From a virus: a stretch of DNA of 35,880 nucleotides. Of the stretch, positions 34,734 to 35,880 are shown piece after piece; positions within the stretch are counted from its first letter, which is position 1, and every line of letters starts with the position of its first letter. The notes under the pieces were generated by a model. The model was not told the DNA's origin and made no database searches. It worked only from the letters and a program-made list of their open reading frames with translations. Location: UHGV virus genome UHGV-0165226; one strand, written 5' to 3'. A program made the position numbers and the translations under genes.

Positions 34734-35830
34734 ATTTCAGCTCTGAACTGCTTAACAAAGGCAACAAAACTCCGGCATTCAGCATCAGTATTGAAGGCAG
34801 GGATATCACCACTGTGCTGGACAACTGCCTGATGGGGCTGACGCTGACGGATAACCGGGGCTTTGAAGCAGACCAGCTTGATCTGGAACTGGACGACGCC
34901 GACGGAAAAATCGTGCTGCCGCGTCGTGGTGCGGTTATTACGCTGGCGCTGGGCTGGAAAGGGCAGCCGCTTTTCCCGAAAGGGGCATTCACGGTGGACG
35001 AGATTGAACACACTGGCGCACCGGATCGCCTGACTATCCGGGCGCGAAGTGCTGATTTTAGGGAAACGCTGAATACCCGCCGTGAAAAATCGTGGCACAA
35101 GACCACTGTCGGGGAAGTGGTGAAGGAAATAGCCGCGCGTCACAAGCTGAAGATGGCACTGGGTAAAGACCTGTCTGATAAACCCGTGGATCATATAGAC
35201 CAGACTAATGAGAGTGACGGCAGTTTTCTGATGCGGCTGGCGCGCCAGTACGGTGCCATCGCGTCGGTGAAAAATGGCAATCTGTTATTCATCCGGCAGG
35301 GACAGGGTAAAAGCGCCAGCGGTAAACCACTGCCGGTGATCACTATCACACGTAAGGACGGCGACAGTCACCGCTTTACCCTGGCAGATCGCGGAGCTTA
35401 CACGGGCGTCATTGCCAGCTGGTTGCATACCCGCGAACCCGCGAAGAAAGAAAGCACTACGGTGAAGCGTAAGCGCAGGACTAAGAAGCAGAAGAAAGAG
35501 CCGGAAGCGAAGCAGGGCGATTACCTGGTGGGGACGGATGAAAACGTGCTGGTACTTAATCGCACTTATGCCAACCGGAGCAACGCCGAACGGGCAGCGA
35601 AAATGCAGTGGGAACGTCTGCAACGCGGCGTTGCATCATTCTCGCTACAACTGGCGGAAGGGCGGGCAGATCTCTACACAGAAATGCCTGTGAAGGTCAG
35701 TGGCTTTAAACAGCCGATAGATGATGCGGAATGGACCATTACGACTCTGACGCATACCGTCAGCCCCGATAACGGTTTTACAACCAGTCTGGAGCTTGAA
35801 GTGAGGATTGATGATTTCGAAATGGAATGA
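34730..35830 (+). CDS. D: Tail protein D (P2 gpD, late tail gene)
   Basis: 366 aa with GTG start overlapping the U stop; last P2 tail gene before ogr, which would lie beyond the window. Confidence 0.88.
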   Translation: MNFSSELLNKGNKTPAFSISIEGRDITTVLDNCLMGLTLTDNRGFEADQLDLELDDADGKIVLPRRGAVITLALGWKGQPLFPKGAFTVDEIEHTGAPDRLTIRARSADFRETLNTRREKSWHKTTVGEVVKEIAARHKLKMALGKDLSDKPVDHIDQTNESDGSFLMRLARQYGAIASVKNGNLLFIRQGQGKSASGKPLPVITITRKDGDSHRFTLADRGAYTGVIASWLHTREPAKKESTTVKRKRRTKKQKKEPEAKQGDYLVGTDENVLVLNRTYANRSNAERAAKMQWERLQRGVASFSLQLAEGRADLYTEMPVKVSGFKQPIDDAEWTITTLTHTVSPDNGFTTSLELEVRIDDFEME

Positions 35831-35880
35831 TTCTTCGCAATGGAGAACTTTTAAGTTTGCAAAATGGAATAATGCGGTAT

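Larger units (their letters stand above)
587..35880. mobile_element. P2/186-like prophage, partial: left junction through tail gene D; right end lies outside the window
   Basis: Gene content and order match the P2 prophage map (int, switch, A, then Q P O N M L X lysis R S V W J I H tfa FI FII E T U D). Boundaries not determined at base resolution. Confidence 0.9.

Noticed and set aside
1-35880. CRISPR arrays, tRNA/rRNA genes, IS elements
   Set aside because: No regularly spaced short direct repeats, no tRNA-like structure at the junction, and the only recombinases are the phage integrase and the Hin-family invertase.
35831-35880. Apparent absence of ogr and attR
   Set aside because: In P2 they lie immediately after D, which ends 50 bp from the window edge, so this is truncation by the window and not a deletion.

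Overview
This window is almost entirely a P2/186-like (Peduovirus-type) temperate myovirus prophage, read from its left junction to tail gene D. It sits next to a host TetR-family regulator gene (50..586); the right end of the prophage (ogr, attR) lies beyond the window. Gene order follows the P2 prophage map: int, a 186-type CI/Apl/CII switch, an early operon (small ORFs, TraR-like zinc finger, Dam methylase, replication protein A), a LexA-controlled Tum/DinI-like module, then the late region (Q, P, O, N, M, L, X, holin, endolysin, LysA/B/C, R, S, V, W, J, I, H, tail-fibre assembly, FI, FII, E/E', T, U, D). Four visibly AT-rich cargo insertions interrupt the GC-richer backbone: (1) a membrane-anchored coiled-coil protein with a T5orf172/GIY-YIG-like C-terminus between cI and int; (2) a tightly coupled two-gene operon encoding a phosphoribosyltransferase-like protein and a SLOG/DprA-like protein at the A-to-cos hotspot; (3) an AIPR-family abortive-infection-like protein between a candidate cos site and the portal gene; (4) a DUF2971-like protein at the S/V site. 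The PRTase-like plus SLOG-like pair is the strongest candidate for an undescribed anti-phage system. The window also holds a Hin-family invertase with an invertible tail-fibre segment, a programmed -1 frameshift site in E/E', and three Ogr-type late promoter elements. All domain and family calls are from reading the ORF translations and from memory of family signatures; no database search was run. Coordinates of short motifs may be off by a base or two.
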